NCBI GenBank assembly: GCA_964582465.1
Contig: CAZOQX010000001.1
Location: 89,214-153,213, forward strand
From: an uncultured Candidatus Saccharibacteria bacterium
GTDB lineage: Bacteria; Patescibacteriota; Saccharimonadia; UBA4664; CAZOQX01
DNA length: 64,000 nucleotides
Direction of reading: 5' to 3'
The notes below the pieces were generated by a model. It had not been told where the DNA came from. It worked only from the letters and a program-made list of their open reading frames with translations, and ran no database searches. This document shows positions 38,891 to 47,897 of this stretch, one piece after another. Positions within the stretch are counted from its first letter, which is position 1, and each line of letters begins with the position of its first letter. The position numbers were made by a program, and so were the translations under genes.

Positions 38891-39649
38891 ATGGAACGCT
38901 ACTACATCGACGTACCCAGTTTCGTCTTCCACGGCTGGTCGCGCTGGCAGCCCGATTGGAAGCACTGGGCGGCCGGCTTCAACGTCCGCATGGGAGCCGA
39001 CATCGATGTCTTCGCCGGTGCCGCGGTACAAGAAGAGTCCGAGCGGGGCTTCCACTTCAGCGACTCCATTTCTCACCGCGTGCGCTTCCTGGATGTGCCG
39101 TGGAAACATCACGGTGAGTCGGCGCCGGTGACTTACCTCGATCACCAGATCTGGCTCACGCTGGACAGCCTCATTCGTGAGCACGGTTTGGACGAGGCCA
39201 TCCGGGTCTACCTCGCCAGCGGCGAGGGACAGCTTCCTGAGCTGGTCGGCGCCCCATCGCGCTGGGGCGGGCGGACGCTCCGCGTACCGGTGGATTTCAT
39301 CAGGATCTCCCGGATCGTTTCGTCGTGGCAGCACAGGTACGAATCCGTCGTCGCCACCATCGAGGTCGGCCACCATTTGGTGCTCTGGGAGGTCGAGGTC
39401 ATGCCCGCGGGTCAGCGGCCGACTCCCAAACCTGGTCTGGCGCCGGACGGACCAATCCGCGGTGGTCTACGCGACCTGATCGAGCGGCTCTACCTCAAGG
39501 ATCCGGCGGCCGTCCAGGCTATCGCCGAGCGGCACGAGTACGGCGGCAGAGACCCACGAGATCGCACGTTCACATACGCAGCTCCCGGGGTCGATCCCAA
39601 GAGCACGCCGCCGGCGCTCGAGTTCCTCCAGCCGGTCGCGGCGGGATAG
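38891..39649 (+). CDS. Hypothetical high-GC protein
   Basis: GGAGGT RBS, GC-rich codons, followed by a hairpin at about 39667-39699. Confidence 0.7.
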   Translation: MERYYIDVPSFVFHGWSRWQPDWKHWAAGFNVRMGADIDVFAGAAVQEESERGFHFSDSISHRVRFLDVPWKHHGESAPVTYLDHQIWLTLDSLIREHGLDEAIRVYLASGEGQLPELVGAPSRWGGRTLRVPVDFIRISRIVSSWQHRYESVVATIEVGHHLVLWEVEVMPAGQRPTPKPGLAPDGPIRGGLRDLIERLYLKDPAAVQAIAERHEYGGRDPRDRTFTYAAPGVDPKSTPPALEFLQPVAAG

Positions 39650-39760
39650 GCGCTGGACATGTTCTACCGGGGTGGGTGGCTTTACGCTGCCCGCCCCGGA
39701 TTCGTTATTATCGACTTCAAGACGCAAGGGTTGTAAAATAATGGTATAAGCATTAGCACA

Positions 39761-40252
39761 ATGGTAATCGACCCCAGCATCATCATAATCGGTTTAATCT
39801 GCCTCATCGCCACCTACGGACTGCTGCTCGGTCCGGAGAGAGTGCGGACACTGGCGATCAGCGCCTACGTCGGGATTGTAATGGCCAGTGAGCTTTCGAG
39901 TTTTGTAATCAAGGCTCTCAGCGAACGCGTGCACGGCTCGGCTCAAATTTATCTCAAACTGGGCTTGCTTGTTCTGCCAATTATTCTGCTGGAGCTTGGT
40001 CATCATATTAAGGGGCACCATCGCACCCATTTTAAGCACGGCTTGATTGCAACGTTAGCGCTTTCGGTCCTAACCGCGCTACTACTGGTATCGAGCGGGA
40101 TGAAATTACTGCCGCCCAAGCAGTTGCACGCCGCGCTCGATAGCTCATTTCTGACGATTTGGATTTATAATTGGCGGCTGCTCTGGATCGGCTTGGTGCC
40201 GCTGGCTGTAATTGCAGAAGCTTTCATTCGACCTAAAGAGTCACATCACTAA
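39761..40252 (+). CDS. Hypothetical membrane protein
   Basis: Several TM segments. Confidence 0.7.
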   Translation: MVIDPSIIIIGLICLIATYGLLLGPERVRTLAISAYVGIVMASELSSFVIKALSERVHGSAQIYLKLGLLVLPIILLELGHHIKGHHRTHFKHGLIATLALSVLTALLLVSSGMKLLPPKQLHAALDSSFLTIWIYNWRLLWIGLVPLAVIAEAFIRPKESHH

Positions 40253-40316
40253 GCTACACGGCAAATCGCTTAAAACAAAAACAGGGCCGCTTGGGCCCCA
40301 TTTTTTGCTTCCGAAT

Positions 40317-40652
40317 TTACATACCAGGCATGGGCAGGAATTCGAGCACCTCAATCGAGGCGCCAGGGCGCTTCAAGTGAGGGTGGCTCTTCACCGCTTC
40401 CTCGACGTCACCCTTGTCACCCTCGAGTATGGAATAGCCTGATACGGCCGAGGAGCTCGTGCCGGCACCCTCAGGAGTGATGTGGCTGACACCTTGGAGC
40501 GGCATGCCAAAGTCGACCTTGACCGACTTCTCGGTCTCAGTCTTCCACTGCATCCATTCATCCATGCTCGCCTTCATTTCGGCTTCACTCGCCTGAGCCA
40601 TGAGGTCGCTAGCTGAGGCATCAGAGTTATACAAAACCATGTATTTTGCCAC
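40317..40652 (-). CDS. YciI-like protein
   Basis: KYM.LY, W..W, G.PL, GYSIL, HPHL...G..IEV motifs. Confidence 0.75.
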   Translation of the reverse strand: MAKYMVLYNSDASASDLMAQASEAEMKASMDEWMQWKTETEKSVKVDFGMPLQGVSHITPEGAGTSSSAVSGYSILEGDKGDVEEAVKSHPHLKRPGASIEVLEFLPMPGM

Positions 40653-40693
40653 TTTTGCATCCTTTGTTATTAATTAATGATAACATTTCCTAA

Positions 40694-41035
40694 TCAGGAA
40701 TTGATAGCCTTAACTCGGCTAAGGACTATCTTTCGAATGAGCATTTCTGGCAGTGGCCGCTCTAGCGTGAATTGGATGGTGCCTTTGGATAGCTGGTAAT
40801 CTACCAGCTGGTCTTTAAACATTTCAACTGGCTGCGAAGTCGGGAAGAGGCTCAGGTGGTCGCGGAAGGCGGCATAGCCCAGTAAATACTTGCCCCGGTA
40901 TTTGAACCCTGGCATGCCATAGCTAATCACTTCCTCAGTTTCTGGAGCAGTTTTTTTGACGATGGAGCGAATTCGCTCCAGTTCGGCTTTTTTTACGGGA
41001 TCAATTTTACTCAAATAATCGTCGATGGCTGACAT
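40694..41035 (-). CDS. DUF1801 (YdhG-like) protein
   Basis: IDDYL, E.ISYGMP.F, SKGTIQF...PLP motifs. Confidence 0.85.
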   Translation of the reverse strand: MSAIDDYLSKIDPVKKAELERIRSIVKKTAPETEEVISYGMPGFKYRGKYLLGYAAFRDHLSLFPTSQPVEMFKDQLVDYQLSKGTIQFTLERPLPEMLIRKIVLSRVKAINS

Positions 41036-41080
41036 AGTTTAACGGTATAGTAAGATTGTAACTATTTTCAAGGAGGTTTT

Positions 41081-41413
41081 ATGGCAGAGAGTATAAAAAT
41101 ACTGGTGTATCCAGCTAAGGACTTAAATGCAAGCAAGACATTCTTTAATACGTTTTTAGGCACCGAGCCCTACGCCGATGCGCCTTATTACGTTGGCTAT
41201 AAGACGGATGGGCTAGAGGTTGGCTTGGACCCGAATGGTGAGGCGGTGATTGCCTATATTGAAGTGGAAGACATCAAAGCAAGTCTGCAAACTTACCTGA
41301 GTGCGGGTGCTAGCCTGCACCAAGATGTCAAAGACGTTGGCGGCGGCCTGCTAATTGCTCAGGTTAAAGATGCCAACGGTAATGTTCTTGGCCTAAGACA
41401 ACAGCCTAAGTAA
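41081..41413 (-). CDS. VOC/glyoxalase family protein
   Basis: Y..V.DI, DVGGG...A..KD..GN.LGL motifs; AAGGAGG RBS. Confidence 0.85.
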
Positions 41414-41415
41414 TC

Positions 41416-41491
41416 TGGAGGGCCATCCGGGATTCGAACCCGGGACACGAGGCTTAAAAGGCCCCTGCTCTGCCAACTGAGCTAATGGCCC
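41416..41491 (-). tRNA. tRNA-Lys (UUU)
   Basis: Reverse complement GGGCCATTAGCTCAG...GGGGC-CTTTTAA-GCCTC...GGTTCGAATCCCGGATGGCCCTCCA. Confidence 0.95.
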
Positions 41492-41624
41492 GCGAAGGGC
41501 ACTCCATATCCTATTATATATTGCTAAAGGCTTCAATGCTGGTATTAAACTGCTTGTGCTTGGACATAGGCAAGACTATTATGAAAGCACAAGCACCTTG
41601 TTGGAAGAATCAGGAGGCGCGGAG

Positions 41625-41972
41625 ATGGCCGAAACGGTCCAATTCGAACAGCCGTGCCCGGGTTGCTCTGGCACGTTGATCCTGGGAGCGGGTAGCGAGA
41701 TCTACCTGTTTCGCGATGGTCCCCAGTTCAACTACATCTTCTCGCCTCCCTGCGACGACTGCAGCCGGCGCGTCATGGTCTTCGGGGCGGCTGACTGGAT
41801 CGTTCAGCTGATGGGAGTGGGCATCGAGCCCAAGTGGGAGGACACCGCGGGGCGCTGGGTCCAGGCCGAATGCTTCGAGGCCACCTTCGCTGCCCAGCTC
41901 AGCCAGGTCGAGCTCAGCCCGCTCCTGTTGGAGCATCAGTACTGGGGAGGATCACCGAGCGTCGTTACCTGA
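41625..41972 (+). CDS. Hypothetical high-GC zinc-ribbon-like protein
   Basis: CPGC...CDDC; AGGAGG RBS; 5' hairpin TGCTTGTGCTT/AAGCACAAGCA at 41551-41595. Confidence 0.7.
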   Translation: MAETVQFEQPCPGCSGTLILGAGSEIYLFRDGPQFNYIFSPPCDDCSRRVMVFGAADWIVQLMGVGIEPKWEDTAGRWVQAECFEATFAAQLSQVELSPLLLEHQYWGGSPSVVT

Positions 41973-42186
41973 TCAACAGGGTTGCTAGCGTCACCGCGAC
42001 AAGTGGTGGCGCTTCGCCCCGAGTCTTGAAGGAAACTTAAAGATTTAGGGCGAAAGGATTAAATAATCCGCCTTTTATAGTTAGTTTCGGTCGGGATGCC
42101 GTAGATATCGTGCGCAAGTGTTTCTATACTTGGCCAGTACAGTTCCCGAGTCTCACCCTAGCGGGTGGGAGAAAGGAGGCGGACGC

Positions 42187-42573
42187 ATGGGCGACCGCAA
42201 CGCGCAGGGACTCGAGCAGCTCATCCGGCACCCGAAGGTGCTGCAGTGGGCGCGCGACGAGGTGGGAGTCGACTCGCTGTTCATCGAGCCGAGGACCTTC
42301 GGTCAGCCCACCGGGGCGACCACCAAGGGCAGCTCGAGCGGCACGGTCTCCGATCCGGAGACGTCCTACATGCTGAAGGGCGGGATGGGTGGCCAGGAGA
42401 TCTGCATCGGGGGCATCCTCGACCTGGTCACGGCCGTCTCCAGCTTCCGGGACGCGATCGGGTACACCGGGCAGATCGGCCAGCTGACCTACCAGCAGCT
42501 GCTGCAGCAGGTCGAGGTGGCCCAGGAGGAGGGGGCCAGATCGACCTCCGGCGCCCACTCCACTCGCCGCTAG
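42187..42573 (+). CDS. Hypothetical very high-GC3 protein
   Basis: GAAAGGAGG RBS; almost all codons end in G/C; downstream terminator. Confidence 0.7.
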   Translation: MGDRNAQGLEQLIRHPKVLQWARDEVGVDSLFIEPRTFGQPTGATTKGSSSGTVSDPETSYMLKGGMGGQEICIGGILDLVTAVSSFRDAIGYTGQIGQLTYQQLLQQVEVAQEEGARSTSGAHSTRR

Positions 42574-42593
42574 CTCTGCGCACAACTCGGGAC

Positions 42594-42630
42594 AGGGCCT
42601 CTCCGCAAGGAGGGGCCCTCCTCGTTTTTT
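42594..42630 (+). terminator. Rho-independent terminator
   Basis: AGGGCCTCTCC-GCAA-GGAGGGGCCCT with downstream T tract. Confidence 0.75.
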
Positions 42631-42655
42631 GAAATCTTGGGGTCTTCATCTACTA

Positions 42656-42684
42656 TTGACAAAATTAAGCGTTAGTGGTATTAT
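42656..42684 (+). promoter_or_regulatory. Sigma70-type promoter
   Basis: TTGACA-17-TATTAT with extended -10 TGn. Confidence 0.8.
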
Positions 42685-42842
42685 TCAAACCTAGTTGACA
42701 GTTTATGAGGTTTTCCTCATAATTTTTGAATTGTTAATTGACATCTCCGGCTTGGGAGCCTTGCTGCCTACTTGTTAGGCGGCAGCGCTCCCAGGCTGGA
42801 ACCATTCTGGTGACAGCCGCGTACAGAAAGGAGGTCTCCGCT

Positions 42843-43019
42843 GTGAGGCCGATCTTCTTCGCGATCCCGACCATGGGGCCGCCGGGCGACCACGCCCACA
42901 CGGCGCCCAAGAGCGCGAGCTTCCAGAAGATGATGCACATCGACGTCGACGTGGCCGGCCGCGACCGCGGATCCGGGATCGAGATCGCCGGCGGCGCCGG
43001 GGCCCTCGAGACGGGCTGA
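42843..43019 (+). CDS. Small high-GC protein (58 aa) inside a structured transcript
   Basis: AGAAAGGAGGT RBS before GTG; MRPIFFAIPTMGPPGDHAH...; near-exclusive G/C-ending codons. Confidence 0.6.
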   Translation: MRPIFFAIPTMGPPGDHAHTAPKSASFQKMMHIDVDVAGRDRGSGIEIAGGAGALETG

Positions 43020-43291
43020 CCTCATCGTGAGGTCGCTCTCGGGTGCGAGCCCGAGGGACCCCGGCAACGCGTCCACCGCTGTGCGCAATCGACGCGCGCA
43101 GCCTGACAGGAAGGAGAGGTCGAGCCAATGCGGTTCCACTTCCTCATAGGCTAGGCGACTAGGGCGCCGGCCGGGAGAAAACCGGCTAAGGCGCTATAGC
43201 AGCTCCTTTCCATGCAGGGCGTCATCACCCTCCCAGCAGGAGGACCTGTGCGGGGGGACCGCTTCGGCGGTCCCCCTCGCGGGGCAACACG

Positions 43292-43320
43292 AAGCCACGT
43301 TCAATTCGAACGTGGCTTTT
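43292..43320 (+). terminator. Rho-independent terminator
   Basis: AAGCCACGTTC-AATTC-GAACGTGGCTTTT. Confidence 0.8.
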
Positions 43321-43381
43321 CGCTTTTGAGAGGACGTGTTAAGATTTTTAGAAAATTGATTTGGAGGGTCTATGCCCTCCT

Positions 43382-44803
43382 ATGCATTTCAAACGCACTA
43401 CACTCGTAAGCTTATTCCTCGCCGCCACCTTAGGCGGCTTGCTGTTCGCCAAATTCGGTTGGCGCCTTAGTCCTTGGTGGCTGCCAGCTCCGCTAATCTT
43501 GTTTTCCAAACCTCTACGTCGTTCTAAAATTCTGGTGCCGGGCTTAATTCTTACCGGCCTGGCCATTGGTTTAATCCGCGGAAACGTTGCTCTCAAATCC
43601 GAGCGCGCCGTCCAGGGCTTGGTGGGCCAGAAGGTTAGCTTGGTTGGTCGGATTGCTGATGACCCCACCCAGCCCGAGACTAAGAGCTACGCGAGTTTTT
43701 CGCTCAACAATCCCCGCCTAAGTGGCCGCACGCTTCCTGGTCATTTCTACATCATTAGTTATGACACCAAGTTGAGACGATCCGAGCAAGTGGCAGTGTA
43801 CGGAAAACTGCGCCCGGGTTTTGGTAGTTTTCAAGCCGAGTTAATCGCCTCAACGACCCAAGTGCTTGATAGACGGGTGAGCTGGCTGGAGCAATTAAGG
43901 CGTAGCTTCTTTGTGGGCATGCAAACCGCCTTACCGGAGCCGCTAGGAGGGCTAGCCATCGGACTATTGGTTGGCAGCAAATCACTCCTACCCAAAACCC
44001 TACAGGCGGAGCTAACGGCGGTGGGGCTCGCCCACTTAATTGCGGTGTCGGGCTATAACTTAACCATTATTGTAAACGCGGTCCGAAATTTGCTCAGGCG
44101 CGGCTCGAAGTTCATGCGAACGGCCGTATCGGGCTGGCTGATCGCAGGCTTTGTGATTGTGAGCGGGGCGAGCCCCTCGATACTGAGAGCGGCAGTGGTA
44201 GCAGGCCTAATGCTCGCGGCGGATTACTACGGCCGGGCTGTTCGTCCCCTGGTCTTAATTTTGCTGGCAGCCGCGGCGACTGCTTTTATTAATCCGGAGA
44301 ATTTATGGCGTGATGTCGGCTGGCAACTATCCTTCCTGGCCTTCTTTGGCATCTTGGTAATCGCGCCAATTTTTACGGCTAAGCTCCACGGCCGGGCCAT
44401 CTTTCTTAAACAGATCGCACTCGAATCTTTGGCGGCTCAAATCATGACACTACCGCTGATATTGGTAGTTTTCGGTCAGCTCTCCGTGGTCTCGCCGCTG
44501 GCGAACTTATTGATATTACCGCTCGTGCCTCTGGCCATGCTCTTTAGCATGATCGCAGGCCTAGCCGGAATGCTCTGGCCGCTTGGCTCGGGGTGGTTGG
44601 GTTGGCCGGCGCTGATTTTGCTCGAAGTAATGTTAAGCGTGGTGGGGATACTGCACCAGCCGCACTGGGCTAGTTTGCAGCTAACTGCCGCCTGGCCAGC
44701 CGCTGTTGCAATTTATGCTTGCTTTGTAGCATGTCTACTTATGCGGCAGTGGTCGAACGGGCGGAATCTCAAGCAGTTTAGTATAATTGAAGGTGATAAA
44801 TAA
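43382..44803 (+). CDS. comEC: Competence membrane channel ComEC (no beta-lactamase domain)
   Basis: GL.HLIAVSGYN, S.LRA, D.GWQLSF, NL..LP motifs. Confidence 0.92.
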   Translation: MHFKRTTLVSLFLAATLGGLLFAKFGWRLSPWWLPAPLILFSKPLRRSKILVPGLILTGLAIGLIRGNVALKSERAVQGLVGQKVSLVGRIADDPTQPETKSYASFSLNNPRLSGRTLPGHFYIISYDTKLRRSEQVAVYGKLRPGFGSFQAELIASTTQVLDRRVSWLEQLRRSFFVGMQTALPEPLGGLAIGLLVGSKSLLPKTLQAELTAVGLAHLIAVSGYNLTIIVNAVRNLLRRGSKFMRTAVSGWLIAGFVIVSGASPSILRAAVVAGLMLAADYYGRAVRPLVLILLAAAATAFINPENLWRDVGWQLSFLAFFGILVIAPIFTAKLHGRAIFLKQIALESLAAQIMTLPLILVVFGQLSVVSPLANLLILPLVPLAMLFSMIAGLAGMLWPLGSGWLGWPALILLEVMLSVVGILHQPHWASLQLTAAWPAAVAIYACFVACLLMRQWSNGRNLKQFSIIEGDK

Positions 44804-44811
44804 GAGCGCTT

Positions 44812-45555
44812 ATGTCGGGTCATTCTAAATGGGCGGGGATTAAACATCAGAAAGCAATCGCTGACGCTAGACGCGGGCAGGCTTTTACGAAGGTTGCAAA
44901 TCTGCTGGTGCTTGCAGCCCGGCAGGGTGGCGCAAACCCCGAATCTAACTTCAAGCTGCGCTTGGCCATCGCTAAAGCTAAAGATGCCAATATGCCTAAT
45001 GCTAACATTGAACGAGCGATTCAGAAGGGCGCTGGCGGTGGAGCTGACGCGACGGTTGAGGAAATTTTATATGAAGGCTATGGCCCAGGCGGCACGGCCT
45101 TTCTGATTGAAGTTGCAACCGATAACCGTAACCGGGCGGCGGCCAGCGTTCGCTCCACGCTCAGTAAGCACGGTGGCCGCATGGCCGAGTCCGGCTCGGT
45201 GAGTTACCAGTTTGAGCAAAAAGGTGTGATTCAACTGGTCGCGTCCGATCCGGAGCAAGCCGCCCTGGACGCCATTGAAGCTGGTGCGAGCGACATTGAT
45301 GAAGGTGAGGGGGAGTTAACTGTTTACACCCTGCCGCAGCAGCTAGAAGCAGTCCGGGGCAAACTGCAGGTGGCCGGCTACGAAGTAAAATCAGCGGCCC
45401 TAGAGTTTGTGGCGAAGACCCCACTCACAATTTCGGATCCGAAGGTAGCCGCAAGCGTCATTAAACTTGCCGGCGCGCTGGATGAGCTGGACGATGTAGC
45501 GGCCACGCATGCTAATTTTGAAATTGATAACGCGTCATTGGAACAGCTCAGTTGA
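44812..45555 (+). CDS. YebC/PmpR family protein
   Basis: MSGHSKWA.IKH.K, YEGYGPGG, TDNRNR. Confidence 0.96.
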   Translation: MSGHSKWAGIKHQKAIADARRGQAFTKVANLLVLAARQGGANPESNFKLRLAIAKAKDANMPNANIERAIQKGAGGGADATVEEILYEGYGPGGTAFLIEVATDNRNRAAASVRSTLSKHGGRMAESGSVSYQFEQKGVIQLVASDPEQAALDAIEAGASDIDEGEGELTVYTLPQQLEAVRGKLQVAGYEVKSAALEFVAKTPLTISDPKVAASVIKLAGALDELDDVAATHANFEIDNASLEQLS

Positions 45556-46037
45556 AAGTTCTGGGAATCGACCCTGGCACGGCTACGACCGGCTTTGGCG
45601 TGGTAGAACAAACCAGCCGCACGCTCACATTCATTGATGCTGGAGTAATTCAGACTTCCAAAGAGTCACTCATGCCGGATCGTCTAGAAACTATCTTTGC
45701 GGAGCTAACCGAGCTAGTGCTACAACATCGTCCGGACTTTATGGCGGTTGAGCAGCTGTTTTTTGCCCGTAATGTCACGACGGCTATGACAGTGGGGCAG
45801 GCTCGTGGCGTTATTCTGCTGGTGGCGGCTAAGCAACATGTGCCGGTGAGAGAATTTACGCCGCTGCAGGTCAAAATGGCCGTGACCGGCTATGGCCAGG
45901 CCAAGAAAGATCAAGTTCAACAAATGGTGAAGAATATTCTGAAGTTAAAGGTTATTCCGAGACCCGACGACGCAGCTGATGCACTAGCGGTGGCGATCGC
46001 GGGTTCGGCACAGCTCGAGGTTGGTCGTGGCGCCTAG
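45552..46037 (+). CDS. ruvC: Holliday junction resolvase RuvC
   Basis: LGIDPG...TGFG, VEQLFF..N, DDAADALA. Confidence 0.96.
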   Translation: MKVLGIDPGTATTGFGVVEQTSRTLTFIDAGVIQTSKESLMPDRLETIFAELTELVLQHRPDFMAVEQLFFARNVTTAMTVGQARGVILLVAAKQHVPVREFTPLQVKMAVTGYGQAKKDQVQQMVKNILKLKVIPRPDDAADALAVAIAGSAQLEVGRGA

Positions 46038-46839
46038 GCCTAATTTTAGCCCAGCGCTGATTCGGTCCGTCGCGGATTACGCCGAGAGGCTCGGTTTTAC
46101 CGGCAAAGTCGGTATTAATTCGCAGGCAATCAATAGCCGCTCAATTAGGAGAATGCTACGCAACATGCCTGACTATACTTTTGGTATCACTGCGATTGAA
46201 CAAGCTGTTGGTCGTAGAGAACTCAAGGCCTCAAAAGTCCGGGAAATTTTGGAGACTGCATCTGGGCTCAAGGTGCCGCGTTTCAACACCGCGGCCGCCG
46301 GTAGTTTTGAGCCGACTCAATCTGCCGCCGAGCTGCTGACAGCTGTGAGGCAGATCGCAAAGTCGGCTCAAGCTAGGGAAAAAATCATTTTCGCGACCGG
46401 GCATCCAGGCTCATTGCTCGGCTTTATGCAAATCTTAAGTGCTTGGGCTAAGGAGTTGGGCGGCGAGATTTGGCAGCTTAGTGCTGGTTTCCAAGCCGTG
46501 CGACATCGCAAACTTTTCATTGATGCGGTCGGGGATGTTATCGTCACTTCCGATAGTGCCTCGGCCTGGCATACCCACCGGCCAATTTTTATGGATGTAA
46601 TCCTCGCATCTGTACAGCCGGATTTGGTGGTGGCTGATCATGGTTTTACCGGGGCGGCCTTGAACGCTAATATTCCCTCGATTGGAATTTACGACACCAA
46701 CGACCCAGCGCTGCCAGTAGCGCAGTACCTTGGCCTGCCACTCACGGCTGTACCACTAAACGATAATCGGCTAAACTTACGAGGCACCGAACTGGCTAAA
46801 TTTGTAATCCAAAAAATGGCAGACGAAAATGCAATATGA
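46021..46839 (+). CDS. Putative phosphatase (resembles the actinobacterial PF15698 family)
   Basis: ATGHP, HTH, PDLVVADHG, D.NDPAL and VPL.D motifs recalled for that family. Confidence 0.65.
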   Translation: MVVAPRPNFSPALIRSVADYAERLGFTGKVGINSQAINSRSIRRMLRNMPDYTFGITAIEQAVGRRELKASKVREILETASGLKVPRFNTAAAGSFEPTQSAAELLTAVRQIAKSAQAREKIIFATGHPGSLLGFMQILSAWAKELGGEIWQLSAGFQAVRHRKLFIDAVGDVIVTSDSASAWHTHRPIFMDVILASVQPDLVVADHGFTGAALNANIPSIGIYDTNDPALPVAQYLGLPLTAVPLNDNRLNLRGTELAKFVIQKMADENAI

Positions 46840-47839
46840 TTTGGCAGCTCTCGAGCTAAAACTAGTTAGAATTCTCCGCAAGCAGGGTTTTGTCACCAAC
46901 GAAATCAGGCTGATTGGTTTGCTGGGGCAGGGTAATCGGGGCAGTGTTTTTGCTTTGACCTTGGGCGGGATTTATCATGTGGTGAAAGTTTATAGCTCCA
47001 AGGATGATCTGCGGGCTGAGCTCAAAAATCTCAAGAAGGTTATTCCCAAGGACCGACTGCTATTTTGGTGGGAAGAGCAAAAGTACAGTCCTAAGGTTAA
47101 CTTTGTGGTGCTGGAGGTTCCGGAAGGACAAGAGCTAAATAGCAGCAATTTAACTGAATCCCGCGCCGAGATTCTAGCCGTTCGCCTGGCCGAGCTGCAT
47201 CGCATTCGCTATCGTCAGAGGGTCTCTGCGACTAGTTTGCGAGAGAAGCTGGAGCGCTCAATTCCAGCGTACCTCAAACACATCGAGCTTATGGGCCGAG
47301 ACATCGCGCCGTACAAAGCCATTTCTGATGAACTTGTGAAAGCGGTGCGCGACAACCCCGAGCAATTTAGAGTCAAGAAAGCTCGTATTCACGGCGATTT
47401 ATGGTGGGCTAATATTATTGTGACCAAAGAGGACGTTTACTTGGTAGACTGGGAAAGCCTACGGCGGGGTGATCCGGCCGAAGATATCGCCAAACTGCGT
47501 GTCATAACCTACGGTCACCGCAGTCCGCAACTACCAACCTTCTTCTGGCAAAGTGGGGACGATACTGGCAAGATGCCAATGCTCATGAAAAAAATACTGG
47601 AGTATTCCGATGATCCTGCACTCATCAAGCGTCTCCAGTTTTACATTGCCTACCAAGCTCTGCGTGAACTTGCTAGCCGTTACATCGGGGGCTCAACCCG
47701 CGAAGCCATGAACAAAATCGTGGCGGATGATCTTTTAAACTTGGCGCATGACCCGCTGGCTGCTCCGCCGGATCTTAACCAGTATGGCTATCTGGAAGAA
47801 GTCAAGCAGGAGCACGCCGTGGCCGGGGCTATCCGCTAG
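46829..47839 (+). CDS. Aminoglycoside phosphotransferase/choline kinase-like protein
   Basis: Gly-rich loop, LA.LH, HGDL...NI, DWE...GDP..D. Confidence 0.85.
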   Translation: MQYDLAALELKLVRILRKQGFVTNEIRLIGLLGQGNRGSVFALTLGGIYHVVKVYSSKDDLRAELKNLKKVIPKDRLLFWWEEQKYSPKVNFVVLEVPEGQELNSSNLTESRAEILAVRLAELHRIRYRQRVSATSLREKLERSIPAYLKHIELMGRDIAPYKAISDELVKAVRDNPEQFRVKKARIHGDLWWANIIVTKEDVYLVDWESLRRGDPAEDIAKLRVITYGHRSPQLPTFFWQSGDDTGKMPMLMKKILEYSDDPALIKRLQFYIAYQALRELASRYIGGSTREAMNKIVADDLLNLAHDPLAAPPDLNQYGYLEEVKQEHAVAGAIR

Positions 47840-47897
47840 GCTGGCCTAACTGGCTAAAAGCCATTAAACTAAAAAGTCGAACCAAGGAAGTAAAGGA

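Noticed and set aside
43212-43409. 65-aa ORF (also with AGGAGG before an internal GTG)
   Set aside because: It runs through a strong hairpin and the terminator and lacks the codon bias of the neighbouring cassette ORFs.
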